Assembly (NCBI GenBank): GCA_045805065.1
Contig: JBJMMA010000106.1
Span: 1 to 56,350, forward strand
DNA from: Bdellovibrionia bacterium
GTDB taxonomy: Bacteria > Bdellovibrionota > UBA1018
Length of the DNA: 56,350 nt
Reading direction: 5' to 3'
Positions 45,455-55,487 of this stretch are shown one piece after another. Made by a program: the position numbers and the translations under genes. A model generated the notes under the pieces. The model was not told where the DNA came from and did not search any database. It saw only the letters and a program-made list of their open reading frames with translations. Each line of letters starts with the position of its first letter. Within the stretch, counting starts at the first letter, position 1.

Positions 45455-46558
45455 ATGGGTTTTGCATGCGGTATCGTCGGACTTCCTAACGTGGGTAAGT
45501 CGACCATTTTCAACGCGCTCACGTCGGCCAAGGCCGAAGCTGCGAACTATCCTTTCTGCACCATCGATCCAAACACCGGGATCGTTAAGGTTCCTGATAA
45601 ACGCCTCTCAGACATCGCAAAGTACATCCCGCCTCAAAAGCTGGTTCCAGCGAACATGACCTTTGTCGATATCGCGGGCCTTGTGAAAGGCGCATCCAAA
45701 GGCGAAGGCCTGGGGAATCAATTCTTAGGTCACATTCGTGAGACCAACGCGATCGCGCACGTCGTTCGCTGCTTCTCTGATCCAAACGTCATTCACGTCG
45801 ATGGATCGGTGGATCCGCTTCGCGATATCTCGGTCATTGATACCGAACTCATTTTCGCTGACCTCGATACGATCAATAAGCGCTACAACCAGATGGAGAA
45901 AGCAGCGCGCGCTGGAACCGATAAGAGAGCTGCCGCTGTCATGGGCGTTCTCACGCCGGTCAGAGCCGCCCTGGAGTCCGGTAAGGCAGTGCGCTCCTTG
46001 CGTCTGAGTGAAGATGAGCTTGAGCTCATTCACGACTTCCACCTGATCACGGCCAAGAAGGTCATGTACGTTGCCAACGTGGACGATAGCGATATCGGAA
46101 ACCCAGAGCCAAACGAGTACGTGAAGCGCCTTCTTGCGCACGCTGAAAAAGAAGGTAGCCCAGTCGTTCAGATCTGCGGAAAGATCGAGTCTGAAATCGC
46201 CGAACTTTCTGAAGAAGAGAAAGTCGGATTTCTGAAAGACATGGGAATGGATGAGCCAGGTCTGAACCGCGTGATTCGCGCAGGTTATGATCTCCTTGGA
46301 CTTCAAACTTACTTCACAGCAGGTGAGATGGAAGTTCGCGCCTGGACGATCCAAAAAGGCTTCAAGGCCCCACAAGCCGCAGGCGTCATTCACACGGACT
46401 TTGAAAAGGGCTTCATCAAAGCTGAAGTCTATCACTATGACGATCTCATGAAGTACAAGAGCGAGTCCGCGATCCGCGATGCGGGCGCACTTCGCCTCGA
46501 AGGCAAAGAGTACGTCGTTCGTGATGGCGACGTGATGCACTTCCGTTTTGCGGTTTAA
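45455..46558 (+). CDS. ychF: redox-regulated ribosome-binding ATPase YchF
   Basis: GIVGLPNVGKSTIFNALT, FVDIAGLVKGAS, and a TGS-like C-terminus GDVMHFRF. Confidence 0.95.
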   Translation: MGFACGIVGLPNVGKSTIFNALTSAKAEAANYPFCTIDPNTGIVKVPDKRLSDIAKYIPPQKLVPANMTFVDIAGLVKGASKGEGLGNQFLGHIRETNAIAHVVRCFSDPNVIHVDGSVDPLRDISVIDTELIFADLDTINKRYNQMEKAARAGTDKRAAAVMGVLTPVRAALESGKAVRSLRLSEDELELIHDFHLITAKKVMYVANVDDSDIGNPEPNEYVKRLLAHAEKEGSPVVQICGKIESEIAELSEEEKVGFLKDMGMDEPGLNRVIRAGYDLLGLQTYFTAGEMEVRAWTIQKGFKAPQAAGVIHTDFEKGFIKAEVYHYDDLMKYKSESAIRDAGALRLEGKEYVVRDGDVMHFRFAV

Positions 46559-46570
46559 TCCGTAAGCTTG

Positions 46571-46595
46571 CTCACAAGGTTGTGAGTTTTATTTT
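46571..46595 (+). terminator. weak rho-independent terminator after ychF
   Basis: CTCACA-aggt-TGTGAG followed by TTTTATTTT. The stem is short (6 bp). Confidence 0.4.
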
Positions 46596-46663
46596 CGAGT
46601 AAAGCAGCTTTCGATTTTCCAGTTTCAAGCGCGAGTGGTTTCATAGTTTCAGGGAGAGAAATT

Positions 46664-47674
46664 ATGAAACCATTTCGCGACATGAAAGCTGCGGCTTTTT
46701 TGATGTCTCTGTTCGCCTCATTGGCCTTGTCTGCCTGTAACGCTGAAGTGACAGGGCCGGATGGTACGATCCCATCGATTGATTGGGGTGGGGGCGGAGG
46801 CGGTCACACAAGTGACTTTGAACACCTCATCAGCGGACCATCGATCGATGGAACGTGGAAATCAAAATGCGTTGAAGATAAGCGGCAGAACAAAAGGTGG
46901 GATCTCATCACGCTTACGGTCTCTGGTCAAAGCGTGACCCGTCTGAATCGCTGGTTTAACGATGAGAACTGCACTCAAAGTGCGGGTGAAAAAAATGAGA
47001 TCGGACGCTTTCGCTATCTGAGAAACAATACGCGAGGCGATTTTGAAGTCGAGTATGCCTTCAAGATGCAGAACGGCACGTACACTCAGTACGAGACTTT
47101 CAATCTCAAGGGCCAGACGCTTTACATTAGCAATGAGATTGGCGGCGAGGGTGCAGCAGACGTTCCACTTTTACGCGATGGTGGCGGCAATAACCCAAGT
47201 CCAACTCCTGCTCCAACTCCAGCTCCAACCCCGACTCAAGTTCCGGATGGGAAATCGCACGCGGCGACTTACGGAGATGAGATTCACTTTGTAGGGAAGA
47301 GTTTGTACGGAACGCAAAACGAGACCTATACCAACCAGGGATATGATTCATCGTATAAGACGTGGACCGTTTTTTACAAAATCGAGCCAGGCACGAGCAT
47401 GGGCTATGATTACTACCGTACTCTTTGGTCTACGGCTCAGGCCAATGAGTATCTCAACAACTGCGCAGGTCATGCTGGAACGCTTGAGACGGTCACCGTC
47501 CCTGCCGGCACCTTTCAGACTTGTAAGGTTGTGAACTCAAAATCCATCATCTGGTACGGAAACGTTCCAATTTTTGGATACGTGAAAGTCGCGTTCAGGG
47601 ACGGTTCTTATACGGGCGAACTCAAAAGTTACTTCTGGGGAGACTCCTTAGGGAGCGGCTTATTTCATTTTTAA
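46664..47674 (+). CDS. lipoprotein of unknown function
   Basis: Lipobox LALSAC. PT-rich linker PSPTPAPTPAPTPTQVP separates two domains. Confidence 0.55.
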   Translation: MKPFRDMKAAAFLMSLFASLALSACNAEVTGPDGTIPSIDWGGGGGGHTSDFEHLISGPSIDGTWKSKCVEDKRQNKRWDLITLTVSGQSVTRLNRWFNDENCTQSAGEKNEIGRFRYLRNNTRGDFEVEYAFKMQNGTYTQYETFNLKGQTLYISNEIGGEGAADVPLLRDGGGNNPSPTPAPTPAPTPTQVPDGKSHAATYGDEIHFVGKSLYGTQNETYTNQGYDSSYKTWTVFYKIEPGTSMGYDYYRTLWSTAQANEYLNNCAGHAGTLETVTVPAGTFQTCKVVNSKSIIWYGNVPIFGYVKVAFRDGSYTGELKSYFWGDSLGSGLFHF

Positions 47675-47720
47675 GAGGGCGCATGGTGCTTGCAAAACTC
47701 TCTGCGGAGGATACTTCCGC

Positions 47721-48152
47721 ATGATCACGCAGAGCACCGATGATATTCGTGACCAAAATCTTGAGTTGGTTCGCCGCTTTTACACCTTAGCCTTTGTCGA
47801 GCATGATCTTGAGCGCGCTGGCTCGCTCATGGCTCCTGATTACATGCTTCATGACCCAACGCTTGAGAGCGGGCAGCTCAGTGGAATTGATGCCTGGAAG
47901 AGGCTACAGGGAAGTTATTTCCAGATGATTCCCAATCATCAATTGACCATTCAAGATCAGATTGCCGATAGCAATAAAGTCGTCACTCGCTGGTGCGCCA
48001 AGGGCACCGAGGGTGGAAGCAACTTTGATGTCACCGGCATCACCATCACGCGCATTCAAGACGGACAGATCGCCGAAGAATGGCAGGACTGGGACGCTGA
48101 AGGCCTTTATCGCCAGATGGGACAAACGCCGGATCGTCGCAAGACTGCTTAG
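47721..48152 (+). CDS. SnoaL-like ester cyclase-family protein
   Basis: NLELVRRFYTLAFVEHDLERAGSLMAPDYMLHDP ... ITITRIQDGQIAEEW matches the SnoaL/NTF2-like pattern. Confidence 0.7.
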   Translation: MITQSTDDIRDQNLELVRRFYTLAFVEHDLERAGSLMAPDYMLHDPTLESGQLSGIDAWKRLQGSYFQMIPNHQLTIQDQIADSNKVVTRWCAKGTEGGSNFDVTGITITRIQDGQIAEEWQDWDAEGLYRQMGQTPDRRKTA

Positions 48153-49579
48153 ACTCGCACCAGATCATGCGGCATGTTTCCGCGTGGCGATCTCAGGTAC
48201 GCAAACGGTGTGGCCAAGCTGAAGTTTGCCACGCGTGAGGTGTAAATGTCCGCGTAACGCTCCAGTTGAAACGCAAGATGGCTCTTGTCGTTTCCAGTGC
48301 GCATGAGCGGGCCCCAGATTTCATTGCTGAGCTGGGCTGCGGCTTCCGCAAGCGGGCTGATCTCAAGATCCAGAGCTTCAAGCTTTCCACGAACCTCAGC
48401 GAGCTTCTTTTGAAGCGACTCCAAGGATTCGCCCACTTGTTCGCCGTAGCCTTGCTCTTTTCTTTGTAGCTCAATGCGAACAGTGCAAAGCTCGTCTTCA
48501 ATCTGCTCTTTTTCTTCCATCAGCCGGACAAGCTCAAGTTCCTGGGGGGCAAAGGCAAGCTGCGCTTCGATTTCATCTTCAAGCTCGCGAAGGATCAAAG
48601 CCGTTCTCCAACGAAGAACTGCCTTGGTCACTTTCACGTCACCAAACATGTGATCGCCGACATACAGGATCTCATCGCCACTGAGGCCCAGGTGCTTCTC
48701 CACGTGGCGAGCGCTTCCGCCAAAAAACGCGGCGCCCGGTCTTAAACCCGCAACCGATGGGGCAAGGTAGCCTTCTTCGGTCATGACTTCAAAAAGCGGG
48801 TTCTCCATCGTGAAGAACTCAGGCTTGCGAGCCGACACAATGATCACATCAAAGAGCTCGCGCCAGGTCATTCCATCCGGCAAGAACGGATCAAACGTGT
48901 ACTCCATCATTGGAACGGTATAGGTCCACTCCGAGTTCGTGATCAGCATGAGCTTTTTGCCCGCTTTTTTCTGATCCAAAAGCGCAAGCGGCACTTCAGG
49001 CTCCAGGATCACGTAACGGGTCGGATCATTGATGACTTCGGCCTTCAGCCTTCCATCCATGTGGAGAGCGTTCAAAGTGTTTCGGATTTTCCAATAGAGA
49101 TCCGTGTATCCAATTCCTTCAGGAAGTTTTCTTTGATCCAGAAGCTCAACCAGCTGCGCGTACATGCAGCCTTCTGAGAGCGAGAAAAGAGTGTTGAGGA
49201 AAACCCAGCGGCGCTCATTGAGATCAATGATCGTGCGAGCGTACTCATCGCGGAGTGCCTCATGTTCAAGCACTTTGGTTCCGTGCATGCCGCGCTTGAT
49301 AAAGCCAAAGCGATTGGCCTTAACGAGGTTTCCTTTTTGAGTATCAATGATGAGACCTCGAACAATGATCTTGGGATCAAAGACCAGGTCAGCCGTTGGC
49401 CAGCCCAGTTCGGCGAGGCTGAGTTTCAGATACTCGTACGCGCGACGCTCCCATTCCTCATAGTGATAATGAATGAGCGTGTAATCCATGTCATAGCCAA
49501 TGGCCTTGATGGATCTCAAGTTCAGGGTACGGTTGCAGAAGACGCGTCGCGAGTGGGACAAATCCATGGTTAGATTCAT
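48149..49579 (-). CDS. HAD-IG family 5'-nucleotidase (cN-II-like)
   Basis: VFCNRTLNLRSIKAIGYDMDYTLIHY (DxDxT), LMLITNSEW and YVGDHMFGD. Coiled-coil C-terminal extension. Confidence 0.8.
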   Translation of the reverse strand: MNLTMDLSHSRRVFCNRTLNLRSIKAIGYDMDYTLIHYHYEEWERRAYEYLKLSLAELGWPTADLVFDPKIIVRGLIIDTQKGNLVKANRFGFIKRGMHGTKVLEHEALRDEYARTIIDLNERRWVFLNTLFSLSEGCMYAQLVELLDQRKLPEGIGYTDLYWKIRNTLNALHMDGRLKAEVINDPTRYVILEPEVPLALLDQKKAGKKLMLITNSEWTYTVPMMEYTFDPFLPDGMTWRELFDVIIVSARKPEFFTMENPLFEVMTEEGYLAPSVAGLRPGAAFFGGSARHVEKHLGLSGDEILYVGDHMFGDVKVTKAVLRWRTALILRELEDEIEAQLAFAPQELELVRLMEEKEQIEDELCTVRIELQRKEQGYGEQVGESLESLQKKLAEVRGKLEALDLEISPLAEAAAQLSNEIWGPLMRTGNDKSHLAFQLERYADIYTSRVANFSLATPFAYLRSPRGNMPHDLVRV

Positions 49580-49631
49580 CCCATATCCCTAGCCCGCCTG
49601 CAAGAAGGGCTATGTCAAGAATGCAATAAGA

Positions 49632-51695
49632 TCAGGGTGTTGCCGATGGAGCCGGTGATCCAGAAGGCATTGGCGCTGCCGAAGCGGCTGGCGCGGGCTC
49701 GTCTGCTTGTGTCACGGTTTCTGCGGTCAGTTCCGAGAGATGCGGCCCGTAGTTATGCCAGAAGAAGTCGAGTTTCAGGCGCTGGGCTTGCTCAGGGTTG
49801 AGCCTGTGCGTGTACCAGAAGTAGTTTCTGATGATCGCCATCACGTACTCGCGAGTTTCCTTGTAAGGAATCGCCTCGATGAACTCAAGCATCGGACGCC
49901 CCGAAGGCGTGGCCTTGATCCAGCGGTTCACGGCTCCAGGACCTGCGTTGTAGCTTGCCGTCGCGTAAACGATGTTTCCCTGGAAGCGGTTCAAAAGCTT
50001 GCTGAGGTATAGCGTACCCGTCTTAAGATTGGTTTCAGGAGTCAGAAGCTCACTTCGAGCAAGACCTGAGACCGTATCGACTGCGGTCGTAGGCATGAGC
50101 TGCATCAGGCCCAGGGCGCCTGAGACAGACGATGCCGTTTGATCAAACGAGGATTCTTGCTTGATCAGACTCATGACAAGCACGGGATCGAGCTTTTGAT
50201 CTTCAGAGAACTTTTTGACTTCTTTCAATGGATCGAGCGGAAAGATGACCGTGCTGAAATATTGAGAATAAGCGCCCGTGTATCCGCGAGCAATGAGCTC
50301 GTTCAAGATCGGAAACGCCGTCACCCAGCTCTTTGCCTCAGAGTGAAGCATGGCAAGATAAACCAAAAAGCCATTCGATAATCCATCGCGTGCTTTGAAA
50401 TCTTTGAGCTCAATGGCGGCCAGGCCATAAGCTTTGGATGCAATCAGGCCCTGAGCGCGGCGAAGTCGGAAGATCTCATGAGGATGAAGAAACTGATCAA
50501 AGTCCGTTCCCATCGGAGGCTTTGCATCGAGCGTGCTGTGAGGATCCACTCCTGTATCAAGAGCTGCAAGGAGTCCGTAGTAAGTCAGAGGCGAGCTCTT
50601 TTGAAGCTCTCCGAGGAGTCTGCGAGACTCATCGTCTTTTCCTTGCTTCTTTAAAGCCTGCGCAAGCCAGTAGATCGCGCGAAAGCGTGCGCTTGAGCGA
50701 GGAAATTCATCCGTAAACTTTCTAAAGGCATCAATCGCGTCCTTGTTCTTGCCATCCAGATAAAGCGCCATGGCTTGATCGATCGCAGCCTGATCGAGGT
50801 CGGGCGCACGATAGGATTGCGAGAGCTTTTGAAAGCTTGGAGCGCGAGGAAGCTTCTCTTTATATTCAGGGAAAACTTTTACGATCGCTTTGAATTCTTC
50901 TGTGGAGCGCGAGTAGTAACCCGCCAGGCGTTGAACCCAGGACAGACACATCTCTGACTTTTGATGTGAGCACGCCTTGGCGTACGCTGAGAGCTCTTCA
51001 GGCTCAACATAAGCCATGTCAGGCGTTCCATAAACGCGAACCAATTCGTTTTCAAAACTCGATTGGCAAGCGCTCCATTTTTCAGATCCACATTGAGAGC
51101 GTCCCAGGAGTCCTTCCGCTGCTGCCATCTGATGAGGCAAGGATCTCAAAAGAGGGGAGTAAGGAAATTTTGCTGAAAGCGGAGTCAAAAGGGTGATTGC
51201 AGCCTGGGCGTCTTTTCCTGCGGCCGCAAACTCATCTTTCTCAAGGGCGGCACGAGCCTGCTGAATGCTTGCTTGCGCTGCGATCCAGCGCGCGTAATCG
51301 CCAAAGCGCGAGTCAGAGACGACACCTTGCGCAGCTTTCTTTGCGGCTTCGTATTTCTTGGCCTCAAGCGCGTCGTAGGCAGTCTTCAAGGACTTGGCCT
51401 TTTTGTTTTTGTAGACGCTGTAGAGTTGCTCTTCGAGCTCATCAATCGGGGCGGTCTCGCCTTCCGGGATGCGGCCTTCTTTTTTTGCGGCTGCTTTTTC
51501 AATAGCAGCTTTTTTTCCGGCCTTGCTTGCGATCTTTCTCTGAGCGCCGTCATGTGCGGCTGCCAGTGTTTTCTTGGCATGTTTCTTATTTGCAGAAGCG
51601 TGCCAGGCGTTTGCATCCACAGAATAAAAAGATGACGTCAGGACAACACTTAAGAGCGCAGGGCTTGCGAGACGGATGAGCAAATTCCTTTTCAC
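49632..51695 (-). CDS. soluble lytic murein transglycosylase (Slt70-like)
   Basis: Signal peptide. Superhelical repeat region. SLT domain LIKQESSFD, GLMQLMP and ATASYNAGPGAVNRW. Confidence 0.85.
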   Translation of the reverse strand: MKRNLLIRLASPALLSVVLTSSFYSVDANAWHASANKKHAKKTLAAAHDGAQRKIASKAGKKAAIEKAAAKKEGRIPEGETAPIDELEEQLYSVYKNKKAKSLKTAYDALEAKKYEAAKKAAQGVVSDSRFGDYARWIAAQASIQQARAALEKDEFAAAGKDAQAAITLLTPLSAKFPYSPLLRSLPHQMAAAEGLLGRSQCGSEKWSACQSSFENELVRVYGTPDMAYVEPEELSAYAKACSHQKSEMCLSWVQRLAGYYSRSTEEFKAIVKVFPEYKEKLPRAPSFQKLSQSYRAPDLDQAAIDQAMALYLDGKNKDAIDAFRKFTDEFPRSSARFRAIYWLAQALKKQGKDDESRRLLGELQKSSPLTYYGLLAALDTGVDPHSTLDAKPPMGTDFDQFLHPHEIFRLRRAQGLIASKAYGLAAIELKDFKARDGLSNGFLVYLAMLHSEAKSWVTAFPILNELIARGYTGAYSQYFSTVIFPLDPLKEVKKFSEDQKLDPVLVMSLIKQESSFDQTASSVSGALGLMQLMPTTAVDTVSGLARSELLTPETNLKTGTLYLSKLLNRFQGNIVYATASYNAGPGAVNRWIKATPSGRPMLEFIEAIPYKETREYVMAIIRNYFWYTHRLNPEQAQRLKLDFFWHNYGPHLSELTAETVTQADEPAPAASAAPMPSGSPAPSATP

Positions 51696-52129
51696 ACGGT
51701 CTCCAGATGTTTTTGATGTTCGCGTTGTAGTTTTAAAAGTGCCGCCTCACAAAGTCCGAGCGAGCGCCACGCGCAAGGCGCGCATGCTTTGTGATGAGCT
51801 TCGAGCGTCATGTTCTTAGCAATCTTTTTCTTGGCCTTGCCCCAGCTCAGGACGTCGCCACCGCGAATGCCCAGGACTTTCATATGAGCCTCATCGAGCG
51901 CGCGGATTTTTTCTTCCGTGGCGCAGCTTGTGCCTTGGCGGTTGGGGCAGGGCTGGCAAATCGAGTCCGTGCTTTCAACGACTTCGATCTCCGTGTTGTC
52001 ACCTTCGATTCCACGCTTTCTGAGTTGGTCAGCGATCAACTGGTAACCGCGGACAAATTCTTCTGAGTAACCCTTGCCTTCAAAGCCTAGGGTGCAAAGA
52101 AAATGATGGGGGCGGAACTTCAGAGACAT
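51692..52129 (-). CDS. DUF1284 domain protein
   Basis: FRPHHFLCTLGFEGKGYSEEF and the Cys cluster CQPCPN...C fit the DUF1284 pattern. 4-nt overlap with the Slt-like gene. Confidence 0.65.
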   Translation of the reverse strand: MSLKFRPHHFLCTLGFEGKGYSEEFVRGYQLIADQLRKRGIEGDNTEIEVVESTDSICQPCPNRQGTSCATEEKIRALDEAHMKVLGIRGGDVLSWGKAKKKIAKNMTLEAHHKACAPCAWRSLGLCEAALLKLQREHQKHLETV

Positions 52130-52168
52130 GGCCTAATAAAATGGCATATCTCGGGGACGGTGCCAATC

Positions 52169-52780
52169 TTAAGTAGCAGATTCTGTGGCGGGAGTTTGGG
52201 TTTCCGCGGCAGCGGCCGGCGTTCTTTGTTCCTGGAGCTTACGGATCGAGATCAGGGCCGTTTCAAGCTCCGACTTGGCGGATTCTGACGCGGACTTCAT
52301 CGCTGATTCGATGCGGCTAGCTGCCGTGGCCAGGATCTCGTTCTCGCGAATCTCGCGCTCACGGATATTCCGAACCATCTGATTAAAGTCGTTCGCGAGC
52401 TCCGGGAAGTAATCCTTCTTACGGAAGTAAAGCTTTCCATCAAAGCCGCCCTTGCCGAGCTCAACAAAAAATTTGCGCAACTTGAAGAGAGGGCCCGCAA
52501 TCCGGTGAGACATGAACAAGCCCAGCAGGAAAGTGAGCAGAATGAACACGGCTTCGGTGACCACGAGCAATCCCACGACGCTTTTGCGAGTCGCGTAGAT
52601 CGTTCCGACATCCGAGTGCGTTGGATCCATCGCGATGTAGCGCGCAAAGTAATCAAAGAGATTTGCGACGATCAGCGGATAGATAAAACAGAGGGCCAGA
52701 ACCCAGGCGCTGACATAAAAACAAAAACGCAGCTGAAACGGACGATTAATGAGAATGGTTCTGCGCCGATAAGTTGCCAT
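52169..52780 (-). CDS. membrane protein with a HAMP domain
   Basis: Two TM helices, then HRIAGPLFKLRKFFVELGKGGFDGKLYFRKKDYFPELANDFNQMVRNI (HAMP-like). No output domain. Confidence 0.55.
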   Translation of the reverse strand: MATYRRRTILINRPFQLRFCFYVSAWVLALCFIYPLIVANLFDYFARYIAMDPTHSDVGTIYATRKSVVGLLVVTEAVFILLTFLLGLFMSHRIAGPLFKLRKFFVELGKGGFDGKLYFRKKDYFPELANDFNQMVRNIREREIRENEILATAASRIESAMKSASESAKSELETALISIRKLQEQRTPAAAAETQTPATESAT

Positions 52781-52822
52781 ACATTCAAGTGTAACGGCAG
52801 CCGGCGAAAGTGCCAGTAGGAA

Positions 52823-53152
52823 TTACTTGCCGGGGATCTTCAACCGATCTACTGGAATTCCATTCACTAAGTGCGATTGAACAATCTCGGCAACGTCCTC
52901 GGGCTTGATGTTTCCGTACCAGACGTTGTCCGGGTACACGACCACTGCAGGTCCGTACTCACAAGTGTCCAGGCATCCCGCTTTTTGCGCGCGAACCTCG
53001 CCTCCAAGCCCGGCCTTGGCCACTTCTTCTTTGAAAGTTTTGACCAGCGCCTCGGAGCCCTTTTCTTTACAGCACCCGCGCGGGTGGCCCGGGGGGCGTT
53101 CGTTGGTGCAGACAAAGACGTGGGCTTTGAGCTTACGGGGTTCTTTCGACAT
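52823..53152 (-). CDS. thioredoxin-like [2Fe-2S] ferredoxin
   Basis: HVFVCTNERPPGHPRGCC ... AGCLDTCEYGPAVVVYPDNVWYG shows the characteristic Cys spacing. Confidence 0.8.
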   Translation of the reverse strand: MSKEPRKLKAHVFVCTNERPPGHPRGCCKEKGSEALVKTFKEEVAKAGLGGEVRAQKAGCLDTCEYGPAVVVYPDNVWYGNIKPEDVAEIVQSHLVNGIPVDRLKIPGK

Positions 53153-53283
53153 ATAAAGGAGGTGTATCTTATGATGCGATGCGTTAACTCAAAAAAGTTA
53201 CCTCTGACACGATTGCTAGGACTAGACAAAGATATGGGTTTCGAATAATAAACTAAGAAGACACTGACTATACGTCTGTTCGT

Positions 53284-53358
53284 TCAGGAGTAGCTCAGTG
53301 GTAGAGCAGCCGGCTGTTAACCGGCTGGTCGTAGGTTCGACCCCTACCTCCTGAGCCA
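53284..53358 (+). tRNA. tRNA-Asn (anticodon GTT), CCA encoded
   Basis: Manual fold: acceptor TCAGGAG/CTCCTGA, D stem GCTC/GAGC, anticodon stem GCCGG/CCGGC with loop CTGTTAA, T stem GTAGG/CCTAC with loop TTCGACC. 75 nt. Confidence 0.95.
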
Positions 53359-53367
53359 TTTTGAAAA

Positions 53368-53405
53368 AGCCTCCGCGCCTTCTGGGTTCGGGGGCTTTTT
53401 CTTTT
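53368..53405. terminator. bidirectional hairpin terminator between the tRNA and trmO
   Basis: AGCCTCCG ... CGGGGGCT (8 bp, one G-U pair), flanked by an A-run upstream and a T-run downstream. Confidence 0.45.
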
Positions 53406-53408
53406 CCA

Positions 53409-54128
53409 TCATTTCAAAAGAACAAGCTCCCGCACAAAAATCCCGCGCTCACGGATTTCCCACTGAACATCAAAATCAAAGATCCGAAAGCCAAAGCGCA
53501 TTCCCTCGCACTTGGGATCATCAATCACCATCGTCCGCCGTTGCGACGTCGGTCTTGGGTCCCACTCAAGCATTTCCGTGATGAACTCCTTGAGGCGAGG
53601 ATGCCGGGTTTTGGAATACTCCTCGATCGACTGCAGGCTCTCGGGAGAAAACGAAACCGCGTAGCGCGGGATCTCACTCGCAGCCCATCCTGAGGACGCC
53701 GCCGGAATACTATCCGCAAAAGGAAGATAAGGTTTGATGTCGAGCACCGGAGTGCCATCCAGGATATCCACCCCGCTGAGATGGATTTCGATTCCACCCG
53801 GAGCATCGTAGTCGATCTTTTCCAACTTCACCGCCGACATCCCAATCGGGTTGGGGCGGTGAGGCGAGCGCGACGCAAAAACCCCGACTTTTCTCGGCGC
53901 ATCCACTCTCGGAGGATGAATCGTCGGAGTCCATTTCTTATCTCCGATTCGATCAAAGAGAAAAATCACCCAAACATGGCTGAAGCTTTCCAAGTGATTC
54001 AAAGCCGCGCGATACTCGGGAATTGGATCCAGCTTAACAATGCCGAGCGCTTCCTGGATCATCATCGACTGGCGAGGAACGCCAAATTTTTCAGAAAAGC
54101 AGCTTTTAACGACGCCAATCGGGTTCAT
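53409..54128 (-). CDS. trmO: tRNA (m6t6A37) methyltransferase TrmO (TsaA/YaeB family)
   Basis: IGVVKSCFSEKFGVPRQ, SHVWVIFLF, VGVFASRSPHRPNPIG and VDILDGTPVLDIKPY. Confidence 0.85.
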   Translation of the reverse strand: MNPIGVVKSCFSEKFGVPRQSMMIQEALGIVKLDPIPEYRAALNHLESFSHVWVIFLFDRIGDKKWTPTIHPPRVDAPRKVGVFASRSPHRPNPIGMSAVKLEKIDYDAPGGIEIHLSGVDILDGTPVLDIKPYLPFADSIPAASSGWAASEIPRYAVSFSPESLQSIEEYSKTRHPRLKEFITEMLEWDPRPTSQRRTMVIDDPKCEGMRFGFRIFDFDVQWEIRERGIFVRELVLLK

Positions 54129-54206
54129 TGCGCCAGCCTACAGCTTTGGGGTGATTTGATCCACTGGGTGATGGCCCGAGGTTTGTTTATTAAAAAGTGA
54201 GTATGT

Positions 54207-54281
54207 TCAGGAGTAGCTCAGTGGTAGAGCAGCCGGCTGTTAACCGGCTGGTCGTAGGTTCGAATCCTACCTCCTGAGCCA
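54207..54281 (+). tRNA. tRNA-Asn (anticodon GTT), second copy
   Basis: Identical to the first copy except for the T-loop (TTCGAAT versus TTCGACC). CCA encoded. 75 nt. Confidence 0.95.
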
Positions 54282-54286
54282 TTATA

Positions 54287-54333
54287 GAAACCCTCTGTTG
54301 AAAGTTTAATCTTTCCAGGGGGTTTCGCTTTTT
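54287..54333 (+). terminator. rho-independent terminator after the tRNA
   Basis: GAAACCCTCTG ... CAGGGGGTTTC (one mismatch) followed by GCTTTTT. Confidence 0.5.
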
Positions 54334-54430
54334 GTCCGTAAGCGTTTTGCTATTTGAGAGCAAATCAGATCATCTCTATACTAACTCTGGTTTGTGATCA
54401 AAATGGTTACAAAGAAATTGAGGTGTGAGG

Positions 54431-55246
54431 ATGAATCTCAGCAGCATAAAAGAGTATGAAGTTCACTCCGCTTCAGAATTACTAGCTTTGTGCTCAAAGT
54501 TTCAAAGCAGTGAATATCGTGCGACAGATATTTGGTTTCGCGGTGTAAAGAGTTGCGATTTTGGACTCATCCCAAGCATTCATAGAGATAGAGAACTTTG
54601 GGATTCTGAAGAGCAAATTATTAATGAATTCTTCTTGTTCTCACGCCCATTTATAAAAACGGTTCCTAAGGATGGATACGAGTGGCTCTCCTTAATGCAG
54701 CACCACGGAGTCCCGACAAGATTGCTAGACTGGTCGCAAAGTTGCCTAATTGCACTCTATTTTGCGATATCTGACTGGGATCCAGCAAAACCTACTACCC
54801 CGTGCGTCTGGATTTTGGATCCGGAAGAATTAAACCAGGCCATGGATATTAAAGCATGCACATTTATTCCTACTACAGATGCATGTTATCCTTGGCTAAA
54901 CGAATCTCTCCGTATTCCAATGCAGAAGCCAGATACTACTTCGGAAGCTGACCCGCAAAAGCCCATTGCCATATATATGAGCCATACGCATGAACGATTG
55001 GCCGCCCAACGTGGCGCATTCACTCTTCACGGAGAGTATTCACGTTGCTTAAGCGAATTCGCGGAAGCGGCAAAGCTGAAGCGCTTAAGACGTGCGAAAA
55101 TTATGGGTATTACGGATAAAGCCAAAAAGGACGCAATTCTGCACGAACTATATCTAGCAGGCGTAACACAGTTTACCATCTATCCTGGGCTCGACAGTTT
55201 AGCGAAGAGCGTAGTATGGACCTACACACGATCTCGCTCTGAATAA
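54431..55246 (+). CDS. FRG-domain protein
   Basis: IWFRGVKSCDFGLIPSIHRD, MQHHGVPTRLLDWSQS and ERLAAQRGAFTLHG match FRG domain (PF08867) hallmarks. ATG 54431 lies 5 nt after GAGGTG. Confidence 0.7.
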   Translation: MNLSSIKEYEVHSASELLALCSKFQSSEYRATDIWFRGVKSCDFGLIPSIHRDRELWDSEEQIINEFFLFSRPFIKTVPKDGYEWLSLMQHHGVPTRLLDWSQSCLIALYFAISDWDPAKPTTPCVWILDPEELNQAMDIKACTFIPTTDACYPWLNESLRIPMQKPDTTSEADPQKPIAIYMSHTHERLAAQRGAFTLHGEYSRCLSEFAEAAKLKRLRRAKIMGITDKAKKDAILHELYLAGVTQFTIYPGLDSLAKSVVWTYTRSRSE

Positions 55247-55487
55247 TCACTGTTAAAAATCGTGGTTATCGTTTTCCTAATCAATCAGTAGGTGGTCTGT
55301 CGTTAAGTTGCTCATCCTGAACCAATCTTGCTTCCGTGAGGTGCGAAAAAATTGAAGGAAGAGCTTGGAATAGAGGAAGTCTTGGATCCTCTATGACGCT
55401 AGTTCGTTCATGAATGAGCGGCAACTTAACAAAAGAGGGGCGACCTGAAATTCTACCAGCTGCTGCTTCCAAGTAGTGGAGCTACTT

